NCBI GenBank assembly: GCA_008632985.1 | Contig: QPGO01000193.1 | Span: 1-64,000 of the forward strand | Reading direction: 5' to 3' | From: Psammoneis japonica | Lineage: Eukaryota | Length of the DNA: 64,000 bases | Part shown: one piece after another, positions 35,174 to 48,873 of the stretch | How the letters are laid out: every line of letters starts with the position of its first letter | Position numbering within the stretch: the stretch's first letter is position 1 | Position numbers and translations under genes: made by a program | Notes under the pieces: model-generated | Seen by the model: only the letters and a program-made list of their open reading frames with translations | The model's database searches: none | Told to the model about the DNA's origin: nothing

Positions 35174-36927
35174 ATGAGTACCGTTCCAATCATGTCTTTC
35201 GAAGAGAGTAAGGGATGCGGCAGGCATAATCCTCCGGATGTAAGCTGCGGGATTTGTGTCGATGTGTATCTAGGGCAGCAAGGTGACCTTCCGCGTTTCG
35301 AGGTGAGTCCCACTTTGTCGGGATTAGACGCAGTGCAGGTTGTGATTGCTCTATTGCACGACAGTTTTGCACTCTCACCTGCCTGCTTTCCCTTACGTAT
35401 TTCTGCTGTTAGATGTCCCGGCCAGTCACTCCTGTCCAAGACAGTGGGGGATGCGACGAGCATTTTCCTCCCGATATGAATTGCGATACCTGCAAGAAAA
35501 CATACTTACCTGAAAACTATGTCCCTAATATTCTGGAAGTTTCCAAGCAAGAAATTGACCCAGAAAAGCATCGTCGGCATCAAGCACAATATGGACAAGC
35601 AGCCGTAAACACCGAGCAGCACACAGAAGAGCAAGAGTCGAATAGAGAATCCGCTGCTGCTGGACTTCCAGCTACTGTTGATATTTCATCGAAGAATCGC
35701 GTCAGTGCCGCTTCGGCAATTGTTCACAACGGACCGCCTCTACAACCCCAAGAAACCCCGGGCAATTGCATCGATCTATCGTGTACAGATGAAGCGCCCC
35801 AGAATGAAATCACCAAGGAGTACAAAGAACTTCGAGGCAACCTCAAGCTCGGGGAAAAACAAAAGATGAGCCAAAAGCAGTATCAGGACATGATGCAAGA
35901 GCTGAGGATAATTGCAAAAGACCCGTTCTTTCGTCGGGTCTCGTCAAACGGACGCTTGGTGGCTTTTGAGAAGTTGCCCGAGCACGCATGTTTAGTTGGA
36001 GAAAACGTGAAAGCTCTACACAATGTCGTCACAAAGCTTGCAAAGCTGTACTTTGTCATTTATGGTGGTACGAAAATCAAGAAGGAAAAGTTGAACGAGT
36101 TTTTCATGTTCCACAAGGGGGCCAAAAAGTACGTGGATGTCCACAAGGAGGAAAACAAGTACGTGAATCTAGGTGGCGATGGGGCTAAACTTGGCCAAAA
36201 TGGAGTCATCAAGGACAAGGGCCACTTTATGAAGTGGTTCGGGAATAGTCAGAATGAAGGCTTGTTTATAAACGAAACAATCCTATACGTGGGAAGATTC
36301 AACGACGAGACGGATGCAACGTGGTTCATCGAAGAAGAAGCGCCAACTTGGTTCTTCATCAATGATCCTGAGTTTCCCTACCGGCGCATGTCGGACGATG
36401 GTATCTTGAAGCGTCTAAGGTGCAACTGGTCAACTTCCAAGAGGAAACTCTCCGACGCAGCGGACAACGAGACAAGTCCAAGAAGCAGAGCGCGAACCGC
36501 GGCTTGGGCACCGAGTCTGACCAGCGCACAACAGGCGACCACTCAAACAACAGCAAGAAGCAATCCTATTGAGACTGTTGTTTTCCAGTTCTCTAGAGTT
36601 GGTACAGAGGACGCTACCTGCATCTCAACGACGGATCCTGAAGAGACATTGAGGCATCTGACAGATCGCTGCCGCGAAGATCCGTGCAGTGCTGTGTTTG
36701 TCTGTAGTGAAGGCGAGATTGAGTCCATCAAGGCGAAGAATTCTGTATGGAGGGTCACCATTGGCTCGGATGACTCATGGAAAGAGCTATACGATTCTCT
36801 TGAACACAGGACCGTGCCTCAAATACTGCAGGGGCTAAAAACCGAAGACGAACGAAAGAATCGAATACCGTTGAAGTTTGAATTAGTCAAGGTTCGAAAG
36901 AACAGACATGTGTGGGATGGTTCTTAG
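35174..36927 (+). CDS. Protein of unknown function with two N-terminal C-x2-H...C-x2-C motifs; exons 35174-35302 and 35413-36927
   Basis: 504-aa ORF. A phase-0 110-bp GTGAGT..TTAG intron links an upstream exon that carries a copy of the same Cys/His motif. Confidence 0.7.
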
Positions 36928-37545
36928 GATATTGTAGTGACACATGGTTAGTTTTGTGATAATTACTTACATAATACGCACTTCAATACAACAGCACTCA
37001 CCTGATTAGCAGCAACCGCCGATCTTAGGGAAGGAAAAGTTGCTATAGCTAGTGCCCATAGGCCGCAAAAAGAGCTAGCTTTGGCTCTCTACTCTAGAGC
37101 TTATGGCCCTGTGGAATCATAACACGCCCGGGGCTAACTAGCAGGTACCGGTAGCAACTAGCTACTCTCTAATAGCTAGACTCTAGAGAAAGAGAGAGTG
37201 CTCCTTCGAGTTCAAAGCTCGACAACGATTGATCGGATGAGTTGTCTCTACTATTCTTGGGAGAATCATTGATTTCTTAGGAATCATTGGGGCAAAGGAG
37301 GACATAAATGATATTGCCGTAAAGAGCTATTTATGTGGACCCCGAATCCGCTGTCCTGTCAACAGCAGGTCGCATTCGTATGGAGGGAGCTTTCTCCATC
37401 CAGTTAGCAGATAAGAGTATACGGAGAGAGCACAATGTCTCTGCCATTAGCATTAAGTCTAAGCCAATTGGTATGTTTTTGTGTGCCCTAGTAGGTCAAT
37501 CGTGTTACTGCCCTTTCTATTTGATCACATAGCAATAACGAGAAT

Positions 37546-38781
37546 TTAAAGATTAAAATGTTTTGTTAGCACGGTACGCACGAGACCCTTGCCTCGAACA
37601 ATGTCGCCGTGGGCAGGAATGATTGTCTCCACATCCCATCCGCCATTGCAAACAAAGTTTGCAATATCTCGAAACTCGTCTCGTTTGGGCTCTTGAACCA
37701 TTAGATTCATGTAAAAGGGTCGAAACACCTTGTCCATTCCAACCTTCCACAATCTGAAAAACAAGAAGCAACGTGGCAGACATAATTTGAGACATCTACT
37801 CCAGCGGCAGAAACCCAGCAAGTCGTTCTCATTTGTGTTGTTTTCTTACCTCGATCCCAACGGAACTTTCTCTACTGCTGGAGCGAGCTCCCACACTCCC
37901 AGGTCTTGCTGTTTCTCCTGCCCAAAATCATTAAAATTCGAGTTGGTAACGCCGTCTCCCTTTGGATAGTTCCAGTACAGGTCGGTAGTGATTAAAGTCT
38001 TGGACGGCTTATGGTAAAATATAACTTCGTTGAAGAAAGGCTTTCCTGTAAACGGATTAACTTCACAATCAACGTGCAGTGGTTGTATTTCGCTTGTATC
38101 CCAGAAACCTTCTGGAAGTGAAGGCGCCGAATACTCTCCATTTGCCCACGAATCGGGGCGAACACCAAACGGCACTTCACCATCCCACCGTACTTGTGAT
38201 TCACGCTCTGCTAGACCAGGACAACCCCACATTTTCGCTTCCGGATAAGCGTCTGCCCATTGCGATGCAAACTTGACGTGTTCATAATTGGGACTCACAA
38301 CGTGCCTCACGGTTCCCAGTTGATCCATGGCTTGTTGCAAGGGTCCATCGAGTGCCACGGGAGAATGGACCCAAATCTCATCATTTTTGCCGGAAACAAT
38401 GACAGTCATGCGACAACCGACATCGATATTGTTCCAGAGAAAGGGTCGATCTGCCGTGTACACACCGGGTATCGATGCCGGTGTCAGTACGGTTCCCAAG
38501 CGATTGGACCACCCCCGAGCCGAATACGTGCCCACATTTTTATCGTCAGCCAAGGAGGAATCTAGGGATTTTGCCTTTTGAATCAGGGCTTGTCGTGTGG
38601 ATATTGGAAACACATAATCTTCGACATCTTGACCTGACATATGCAACCCAAGCGATTTAGCCGAAGTCTGTTGTTGATGGCTCTGCTGCAGAGTGACACT
38701 ACTTGCTATCCAGCCAAAACAAGAGAGTGGCAATAAAAGAACTGGCAGAAACGCGAAATGGCACTTGCTCCAACACATCAT
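37546..38781 (-). CDS. DUF4336 family protein (metallo-beta-lactamase-like fold); exons 38781-37850 and 37753-37546
   Basis: RMTVI, WVHSPVAL, LGTVRHVVSPNYEH, WADAYPEA, EVIFYHKPSKTLITTD, IIPAHGD; 96-bp GTAAG..CAG intron; N-terminal signal. Confidence 0.88.
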
Positions 38782-39089
38782 ATCTAACTTCAGTAACAGA
38801 CTGCATCGCAATGAAAGATGCTGATGACGATGAGATGATACGATTGCGATGCTATGACACGAAATTGTACGGAATCGAAATAAAGCCCTACAGACATGAA
38901 GGAAATTCAATGAAACGCGTCAGCAGGAGCATAAGTAGTTTTTGGCGGGAAATCCCCATGGCACCGCAGTAGAAAGGGCCCACAACATGACGGCCGGGTG
39001 GACCGGCTGTTTGGTCTAGCTCTCTAGCTAGAGGGGGTTTACGGCAGGCTTTAGTTCGAGGCGGTCCTACAATCTCTTAGTTCTTTTAA

Positions 39090-41420
<2,331 letters not shown>

Positions 41421-41992
41421 TCTCTCTACTCTCTAGCTAGAGAGAGTAGCTCTACTCTAGAGTAGCTCTCTGCTAGCTAGAGTGGCTGCCGGTAGAGCCA
41501 CTGCCACTCTACAGCAGAGAGAGTAGAGAGAGCTTAGGAGTCGCTGGCCGGGGCGCCACGACCACGACCCACGACCCGCCAAGACCCACGACTGTCCAAA
41601 CGCGCACTAACACGACACATAAAAATCCAAAAACAACACAACAAAAAACAAATAAAAACACAAAACATGATGCCGATGCCGCATTGCATACACATAGCAT
41701 GTTGCAACTACAAGTGTTCTTACAAGGTTCCAGTACAGTTGTGAACCTTCTTAAAATCCACACCAAAGTCAAAGCACCATTCTCGTGTTTTCCAGAACGC
41801 CCGCTGCAGCCACGGATTCGTCCAGTTGCTGTACCATAACCATTCGTGCACCAAATCATAGTACCTCTTTCACCGACGCAGCAGTGTCGGAATTTGGTAT
41901 CATTCTGTCTCCAACAGCACTCCCCCATATTTGAACAACTGATGAGTTGCCTACAGGATAAAAAGCAAGTAGCATAAGAAGAATCAGAAACC

Positions 41993-43341
41993 ATGGCGCG
42001 TCCCGGAGGAACCATTGTCAAAATTTCCGGATTGAATCCGGTGGATGACCCGAAGTATCGATACGAAATGCCCTGTGTCTATGGAAAGATCGAGGGCCGC
42101 GGAAACGGGATCAAGACGGTCATCCCAAACATTTCGAAAGTGGCTCTCAGTCTTCATCGTCAACCCGGTGAAGTCAACAAGTTCTTTGGATGCAATCTCG
42201 GAGCTCAAACGACCTACAACGCTGACACGGATCGTGCGGTCGTCAACGGGGCGCACACGGATGCTGTGCTGCAGAACTTGATTCACCGATATGTGGAAGT
42301 CTTTGTACTATGCCCCAACTGTGGTCTCCCGGAAACGGACTACAAGATCAAGAGCGAGATTATCTACCACAAGTGTGCTGCTTGTGGATCAAAGGAGATG
42401 GTGGATATGCGCCACAAACTTTGTACCTACATTCTCGCTCATCATAAAAAGGCCAAGACAGAGGTCAAATCGAGTGACAAGAAGGGAAAAAAGGACAAGG
42501 ACGACAAAAAGAAGAAGAAGAAGAAGAAGAAAAAGGAGGGAAGCGACGATGAGAGAAAGGAAAAGAAAAAGAAAGACAAGAAGAAGGACAAGAAAGAAAA
42601 GAAAAAGGGAAAGAATGACAAGTCGAAAGACGATCATTTAGAGGACGCTGTGTCTGAACAGAAGTCTGAAGAATTCGATGACGCAGACGACGTATCGGTT
42701 GGATCGCATGAGGATGATGCGGATGCCTTGGGTACGTTTTGTATAGCGAAGAGAAACGCATTCAATTGAGTATAGTCATGTTGCCAATAACACCACTGCG
42801 ACTCTTTCCCCTTTTTCTTTCATCTCACTGTTTCTTACCTGCTCGCTCCCTTCCGTACTCAGCGCTTGCTGTTGAAGCCACACGGAAGTATCTTCAGGAT
42901 CATCCTGATGCTGGCGCCGAGGAAATTGCTGAACTTGTTACTAACCAGCAGCATGCTTCAGCTCTTAAATCACATGATAAGGTTCACATTATCACGCAGG
43001 CGGCTATTAGTCCCAACTTCTTCAAGGAGAGGGAAATTGAGAAGTATGCACCCGCTATTTCAGAAGTGACGAATGGCAACTGCATCTTGGAAAGGCATCT
43101 TATTGCTGCTCTTGAAGGGCTGTGCGTCTCGAAACCCAAGAACTTCCCTGTCATGCTCAAGCAGATGTATGACGAGGATGCCTTGGAGGAAGACAGTATC
43201 CTTGAATGGGCTGGAGAGGGAAGGAGTGCGTACACGTCGGACACCGTCGATGAGGAGACCAGGGCTGTTCTCCGCGGTTTGGCTGAGCCGGTCGTGGTCT
43301 GGCTACAGGAGGCCGACAGTGACGATGACGATGGATGGTGA
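41993..43341 (+). CDS. eIF5: Eukaryotic translation initiation factor 5; exons 41993-42731 and 42863-43341
   Basis: DDPKYRYEMP, KIEGRGNGIKT, FFGCNLGAQT, VNGAH, FVLCPNCGLPET, CAACG; Lys-rich linker; W2 domain MLKQMYDEDALEEDSILEW; 131-bp GT..AG intron. Confidence 0.95.
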
Positions 43342-43578
43342 TGATTCTTCAGAGTAAAGTGGCATTTTGGAGGTTTCTGTTGAGGGTCAGACCAGGCATT
43401 CAATGCACAGCACATGGTGATAAAGTAGGACGTCTTCGAGCAACTGTTGTGACAGCCTGTTGTCCGCTAGTCTACAGTAAACTGTATTCGCTGCAACGTT
43501 GTAGCACATTTAAGATTTGCTCCATTCGTTCGAGAGATGCCGTCAGCTGCAGAAACCGCAGGCAGAACAAGAGCAAAG

Positions 43579-44199
43579 TCGATGTTGTTCCAGAGAAAGG
43601 GTCGATCTGCCGTGTACACACCGGGTATCGATGCCGGTGTCAGCACGGTCCCCAAGCGATGGGACCACCCACGAGCCGAATACGCACCCACATTTTTATC
43701 TTTAGCCAAGGAGGAATCCAATGACTTTGCCTTTTGAATCAGGGCTTGTCGTGTGGATATTGGAAATACACAATCTTCAACATCTGGACTTGACATATGC
43801 AACCCAAGCTATTTAGGCGCAGTCGGTTGTTGTTGATGGCTCTTCATCAGAGTGGCACTACTTGCTATCCAACCAAAACAAGAGAGTGGCAATAAAACAA
43901 CTGGCAGAAACGACAAATGACACTTGCTCCAACACATGTCTACACTCTTTAGTGAGAGACTGCTGAGTTATGGCTAGAATACTACAATGGGCTGACGATG
44001 GGAGCATCAATGAAATGAGAGAGATGCGGATCAGATGGCACGAAATCTAATGTGTACGGGATGAAATGTGGACCTACAGACATGCAGGAAATTGAATGAA
44101 ACGCGTCAGCAGGGGCATAAGCAATTTTTGGCGGGAAAGGTATGTTGTAAGGCTCTACTTAGTAGTATGGTAGAGTTCAAGGCTGCCCTACAATCTCTT
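43579..44199 (-). pseudogene. Truncated duplicate of the 5' part and upstream region of the DUF4336 gene
   Basis: Aligns to ~38423-39080 (FPISTRQALIQKAKSLDSSLA...GVYTADRPFLWNNID); similarity ends abruptly after NNID. Confidence 0.88.
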
Positions 44200-44302
44200 A
44201 CTCGAGTAGTTCGTTTAATTGGCGCAACTGGAAAACACACGGGGGTTGCACTCTGCAGTACGAAGTTAATCCGCACCTGGCATCTGTGTCAACCGACTCT
44301 AC

Positions 44303-46324
44303 TCACGTCTCGACATTTTGTGGTGTTTCTTCTTCGGCAACATCGCTGGTGCTGGCATTAAATGCTCCTCCCTCGTTATCATTCGTGTCGCTGTTGTTAC
44401 GTTGCTGTCGACGCCGTTCTTCATGCTGTCGTAGGATACGAAACAAGTTGACAACCTCTTGATGAAATTCTTCTCGACCAAACGCTTGACCTGGAGGGCC
44501 CGAGAAGTGCGTTCCCAAGCGTCGACGATTGCTGGCGGGTGCCGCGGCGGGATGCTGCTCACCTGGTTGTTGGCTCCCATCGCCATCAGTAGCAAGGGAC
44601 GACGGAATGTCTGTTCGACAGACGGGACAGGTCCGAGCCTGCCGCAACCATTCTTGACAACAAAGCTTGTGGAAAACGTGGTCGCAAGCTGTCGCTACAA
44701 TCACTTCGCCATCGCAGAAATCACCCATACAGATACAGCATTCCCGTGGATATTCGTCTGGGAATTCTTCCAGCATTACCACTCGGAGCTGATCAATGCA
44801 GCCCGGAGGAGCACCGGAATTGCTGTACGCTACGGGGAAAACATTTCCAAAAGCACCCATGGCTGTCACACCAGGACCACCACCCGTAATGCCTCCTTCG
44901 CCATCGCTTGCTGGGTTGTAACCATTCCATGTTAGCAAAATGGCAACAAAGCAGAACGGAACCAGATAACCGAGTACAATAATGGACCAAGCCGAAATGG
45001 ACAAAATCACAAAAACCGTGCTGGCATTGAAGAGTTGTGGCGCAGTCTCGGGACAAGTGGCGTCTTCGCTGAAAAACACACTCCGTACACCCAATCGCAA
45101 CACCAGCATGGCATATGTCAGGTACGCAATGTTGTACACAATGACTCGAACCGGAATCCTCTCTCTGGAATTTGTGTCCCACCGAAAGACGACTCTCATG
45201 ATATCCGTCCGGAATACATCCAAAATGAGTTGAAACGTCGCCAACCAAAAGTACGCCTTGAGTCCCACATCACAGTCCTTGTCAATCGAAACGACATAGG
45301 CACTCGTCAGAACCACCCAGCACACCAAAATGGCAAACAGCAACAGACTGAATATCAATGCAACGAGCGTAATTATGAGTTGAAACCTTCGATTGATGCG
45401 GATCCAACGAGCTCGAGCTTGTCGATTCGGGTCGGGATCGGCCTGTTGTTCTGGATCCACAAGGCTGTCATTGTCCTCCGAATCGTCAACGCTGGAGGAT
45501 CCTCTTGATAGTTGTATGGAACCAACTCGCTCTGCATCTCCCCCCGCCGCTTCGGTTGACCCATCACCGTCGGTTGTTCGTTGCGTCATTTCAATCGACC
45601 ACGCAAAGGGTGGTTGGGAAGCAGTCGAGTGAAAAATGGAGGATGACAAGGCTGCCGCTTGCAAGTGACCAGAAGAAGACGAAGTCGTTGTGGATAATTC
45701 ATTGCTACGTGGAGCTCCGCCACTCCCGGGCGCTGCGGCGTTTCGTCGTCGTAGCACGTTTCGATCAAAAAAGAAATCGCGTAAACGATTCCCATCGGGT
45801 TCCGACAAGGACCGTTGTCGTCGTTCATCCACCACCTCTTGTACAACGGGTAGTTGCGCGGCGGATCGAAAATAGGTGGGTTCCGTCACGGAGGAATCAT
45901 CATAATGACGCAGTAGCTCTCCGGCATGGGCCAAGGCAAACAAATCTTCGTCACCCAATTGCAAGGCTGACGAGGAATCTCCACCGCCGCCACCATGTTG
46001 GCTTTGCCATCGCCGAGCGGCACGTGAAGAACGAGAAGAGGACGACTGTGCTTGATTATTTTGACCCCGTGTCCGAACCCATCTCCGTACAGCCGCCATG
46101 CCGGAATCCAACGATGCTCGTAAACGTCGATCATTGTTTGTTGCGCTGTTGCTATTACTACTAGCACGTGCTTCATTTTCTTCTTCTGTAATGGAGGATA
46201 CTCGTTCTGAGCTGGAACGACGAGATCGCAAAGATGACGTTGTGGAGGAAGAGGAGGACGATCGACTCTGTCGGTGATGGTGCAGCCGTCGTCGCGATGG
46301 TCGTCTCCGTCGATTATTGGACAT
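44303..46324 (-). CDS. Transmembrane RING-H2 E3 ubiquitin ligase
   Basis: Four hydrophobic segments, then CCICMGDF...CDHVFHKLCCQEWL...CPVCR (C3H2C3). Confidence 0.9.
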   Translation of the reverse strand: MSNNRRRRPSRRRLHHHRQSRSSSSSSTTSSLRSRRSSSERVSSITEEENEARASSNSNSATNNDRRLRASLDSGMAAVRRWVRTRGQNNQAQSSSSRSSRAARRWQSQHGGGGGDSSSALQLGDEDLFALAHAGELLRHYDDSSVTEPTYFRSAAQLPVVQEVVDERRQRSLSEPDGNRLRDFFFDRNVLRRRNAAAPGSGGAPRSNELSTTTSSSSGHLQAAALSSSIFHSTASQPPFAWSIEMTQRTTDGDGSTEAAGGDAERVGSIQLSRGSSSVDDSEDNDSLVDPEQQADPDPNRQARARWIRINRRFQLIITLVALIFSLLLFAILVCWVVLTSAYVVSIDKDCDVGLKAYFWLATFQLILDVFRTDIMRVVFRWDTNSRERIPVRVIVYNIAYLTYAMLVLRLGVRSVFFSEDATCPETAPQLFNASTVFVILSISAWSIIVLGYLVPFCFVAILLTWNGYNPASDGEGGITGGGPGVTAMGAFGNVFPVAYSNSGAPPGCIDQLRVVMLEEFPDEYPRECCICMGDFCDGEVIVATACDHVFHKLCCQEWLRQARTCPVCRTDIPSSLATDGDGSQQPGEQHPAAAPASNRRRLGTHFSGPPGQAFGREEFHQEVVNLFRILRQHEERRRQQRNNSDTNDNEGGAFNASTSDVAEEETPQNVET

Positions 46325-47746
46325 GCCACCAGCCCGCCGACGAAGACGAAGTACTGGTGGATCTTATGGATTCATTCATTTCTGAACGCGTTTCAGGTGG
46401 GTTCTCCTCGAGGAAGAGCCCACTAAGGCTTGAAACGAGGAAGTTGGTACCAACTCTGTAGAATTATCTGCTGCTCCATTGTCTGCCAGCACCGATTCCA
46501 AGTTACCACCACTCGTCGGTTCTGCTTCTTCTCTGTTGTCGTCTTGTTGACTGTATTGTTGTGTATAACTGTAATAATAGTGAGCATCATCCGGCACTTG
46601 TTGCCGTGTGGGTCGGTTAAACAATAAGGAGGAACGAGATTGTCTTTTTGGCTTGGGTTGTCGTCGCAGTGGGTCATCCTCTGTGTTATCCTTGTGTTCA
46701 GACGCAAACACTTGTGATTGTGCATCAGTCTCAGTGGCGGCTGTTCCCTTGAGTAACGCGGTGGCTGCCGCCGCTTCGCCAAGGACGATACACTGCTACT
46801 CCCACCGACGCTGGAATCATGAACGGCGGGTTCGACAAAATCATTGTCATCCAACAAGAGAGCGTCCGTAGTAGTATTTGTTGTCGTAGTATTTTCTTTT
46901 TTGCAGTCATGTCCCAATTACAAACATTGTAATTGTATTCACTGGATGGATGTTGTGGTGGAGCGATTCCTTGTAATGGTTGTTGTTGTGATTCGGGTAG
47001 TTCTGGAGAAGAACACGATTCAACGGTTCTTGTTGTTGTAGTAGTAGCAAGCATGGCTGTAGCCGCAGCAGCTTCTGCCAAAAGTGAGGATGCTCTTCCG
47101 CTTGTCGACGCAGATTGTTCTGCCGCGTGTCCCACCATGTCCCAATTGGTGTCATAATCAAAAGGAGACAATTCCGGTGTACGTTCTTGTTCCTCCATAA
47201 TATTGCCTTCTCCTCCTTGTGTAGTAGTATCATTTTGATTTAAATCTACAGATTGCAAATCATCCGAGAAATGTTCATCCTCATCCTCTTGCTGTTGCTG
47301 GCTTATTGCGCTACTCGGTCTGGATGATGATGATACAATTACATTTCTTCTTAGCAGAGACGAGGATGGCTCTAGTTCCGTCGATGGCTCTGTTGTTGTT
47401 ACAACACCGCCTTGATGATTTTCTTCTTGTTGCTGTTGTTCATCTTCCTCATTTGCCAATAATATCGTTCCAACAATTGTAGTATTGTCGGATTCCAAAA
47501 TTTCATTTTCAAGAGACAAAGAACAAGTAGGTCGTTCTTCTTCATCAGAAATAAACACGGCGCATGCATCGTCCTCGCTCTTGCGTGCAACAATACCCAC
47601 ACGGCCCGTCGTTTCTACTGAATCCATACTTTCCACAGAATCCATCACTACTATATCGTCGCAAGATGATGCAAGGGACTGGCACCGACACGACGAGAAT
47701 CATCCGTGTCCGATTGTTGTTGTGGCTGCTGCTGCGAATTATTCAT
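46325..47746 (-). other. Probable low-complexity N-terminal extension of the RING-H2 gene (or a separate gene) broken by several frameshifts
   Basis: S/T/Q/E/D-rich protein-like text switches frame several times between the ATG at 47746 and 46324, with no evident introns. Confidence 0.45.
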
Positions 47747-48873
47747 AATTCTTGTTTTTCCTTATAGCAACGCCGATGCTGTGTATTTTAATTTCTGAAT
47801 CGATACACCATGGATTTTTTATGCACAAATCAATACTTGTTAACGTATAGTGACTGGTATTCTTTGGACTGTCGCATCAATCAACACTTCTATGCCTCTC
47901 CTATTCTCCTTCGGCTTTTGATGCCAGTTTTCAAGTATTTTTGCTGTGTATTGAAACGCGAAACGCGAGTGAAATGCGGTGATCTCTCCCCCTTTGCGCG
48001 GAAAAGACCAATGTAAGACCGTGCTGTACTAGTGAGACTACGTAGAATCGACATTTTGATTATTTGACTGTATTCAATGTTTAAATACAAGATTTAAAAT
48101 GACACTACAAGTATTCGGACTGGAAGATGTTCATTAGTGGCACGTGTCCGTTCCAAGGATAGCTCGTGATTTCGATTTCCTCTCACAAAATTGCTTGCTG
48201 TGTCTGGCTCACTTTTTCATTACCCGCTCTTCTTCTGTTTAGGACTAGAGATTGAGAGACATGACTCTTTGGGTGACACAAGGTGCCCTTGGAAGAACAA
48301 TGGCCTCTTTGCCTTCTTGTTGTTGTTGCTGTCACCCCAGCAGTTGTTCACCTTCTGTGCATGTGCAAAGGAAACAGACAGACACGTTGCAAACTCAAAA
48401 CTTGCCATGTGAACCGCATGAAAGTGGAACAAAAGCAGCAGAAATAGCTGAAGTCGAACAGAGAGCCTCTAGAGAGCTACTAGTAGAGAGGTCCGACAGG
48501 TCGTCGCCAGCTATGATGCGCAAATCGATGGATAGACAGACAGACAGCATGCGCGCACGCAAAAAAGTTGCGCGCCATCTTTTTTTGGACCACGGTATTG
48601 ATTATTTTATGTATCTATAAAAATAATACAAAAAGGTCACTATCGTAAGAAATGAACAATTAGAGAGTAATATGATAGCTTCATATTTATAGGTTCGATA
48701 AAGTTGAAAAAATCGCTCACGGGAAACACCCCAAAAGCAAGATAGCGCCTGTTGACACTGTTGCCTTGTTGTTTATTGTTGTTGTAATCGTCGAGTTGAT
48801 AACTGCAACGCATCTTGCAAAGCACCCCTATCAACTCTTCTTATAGCTTTCCCTAGTTGTTGTCTATGAAACG

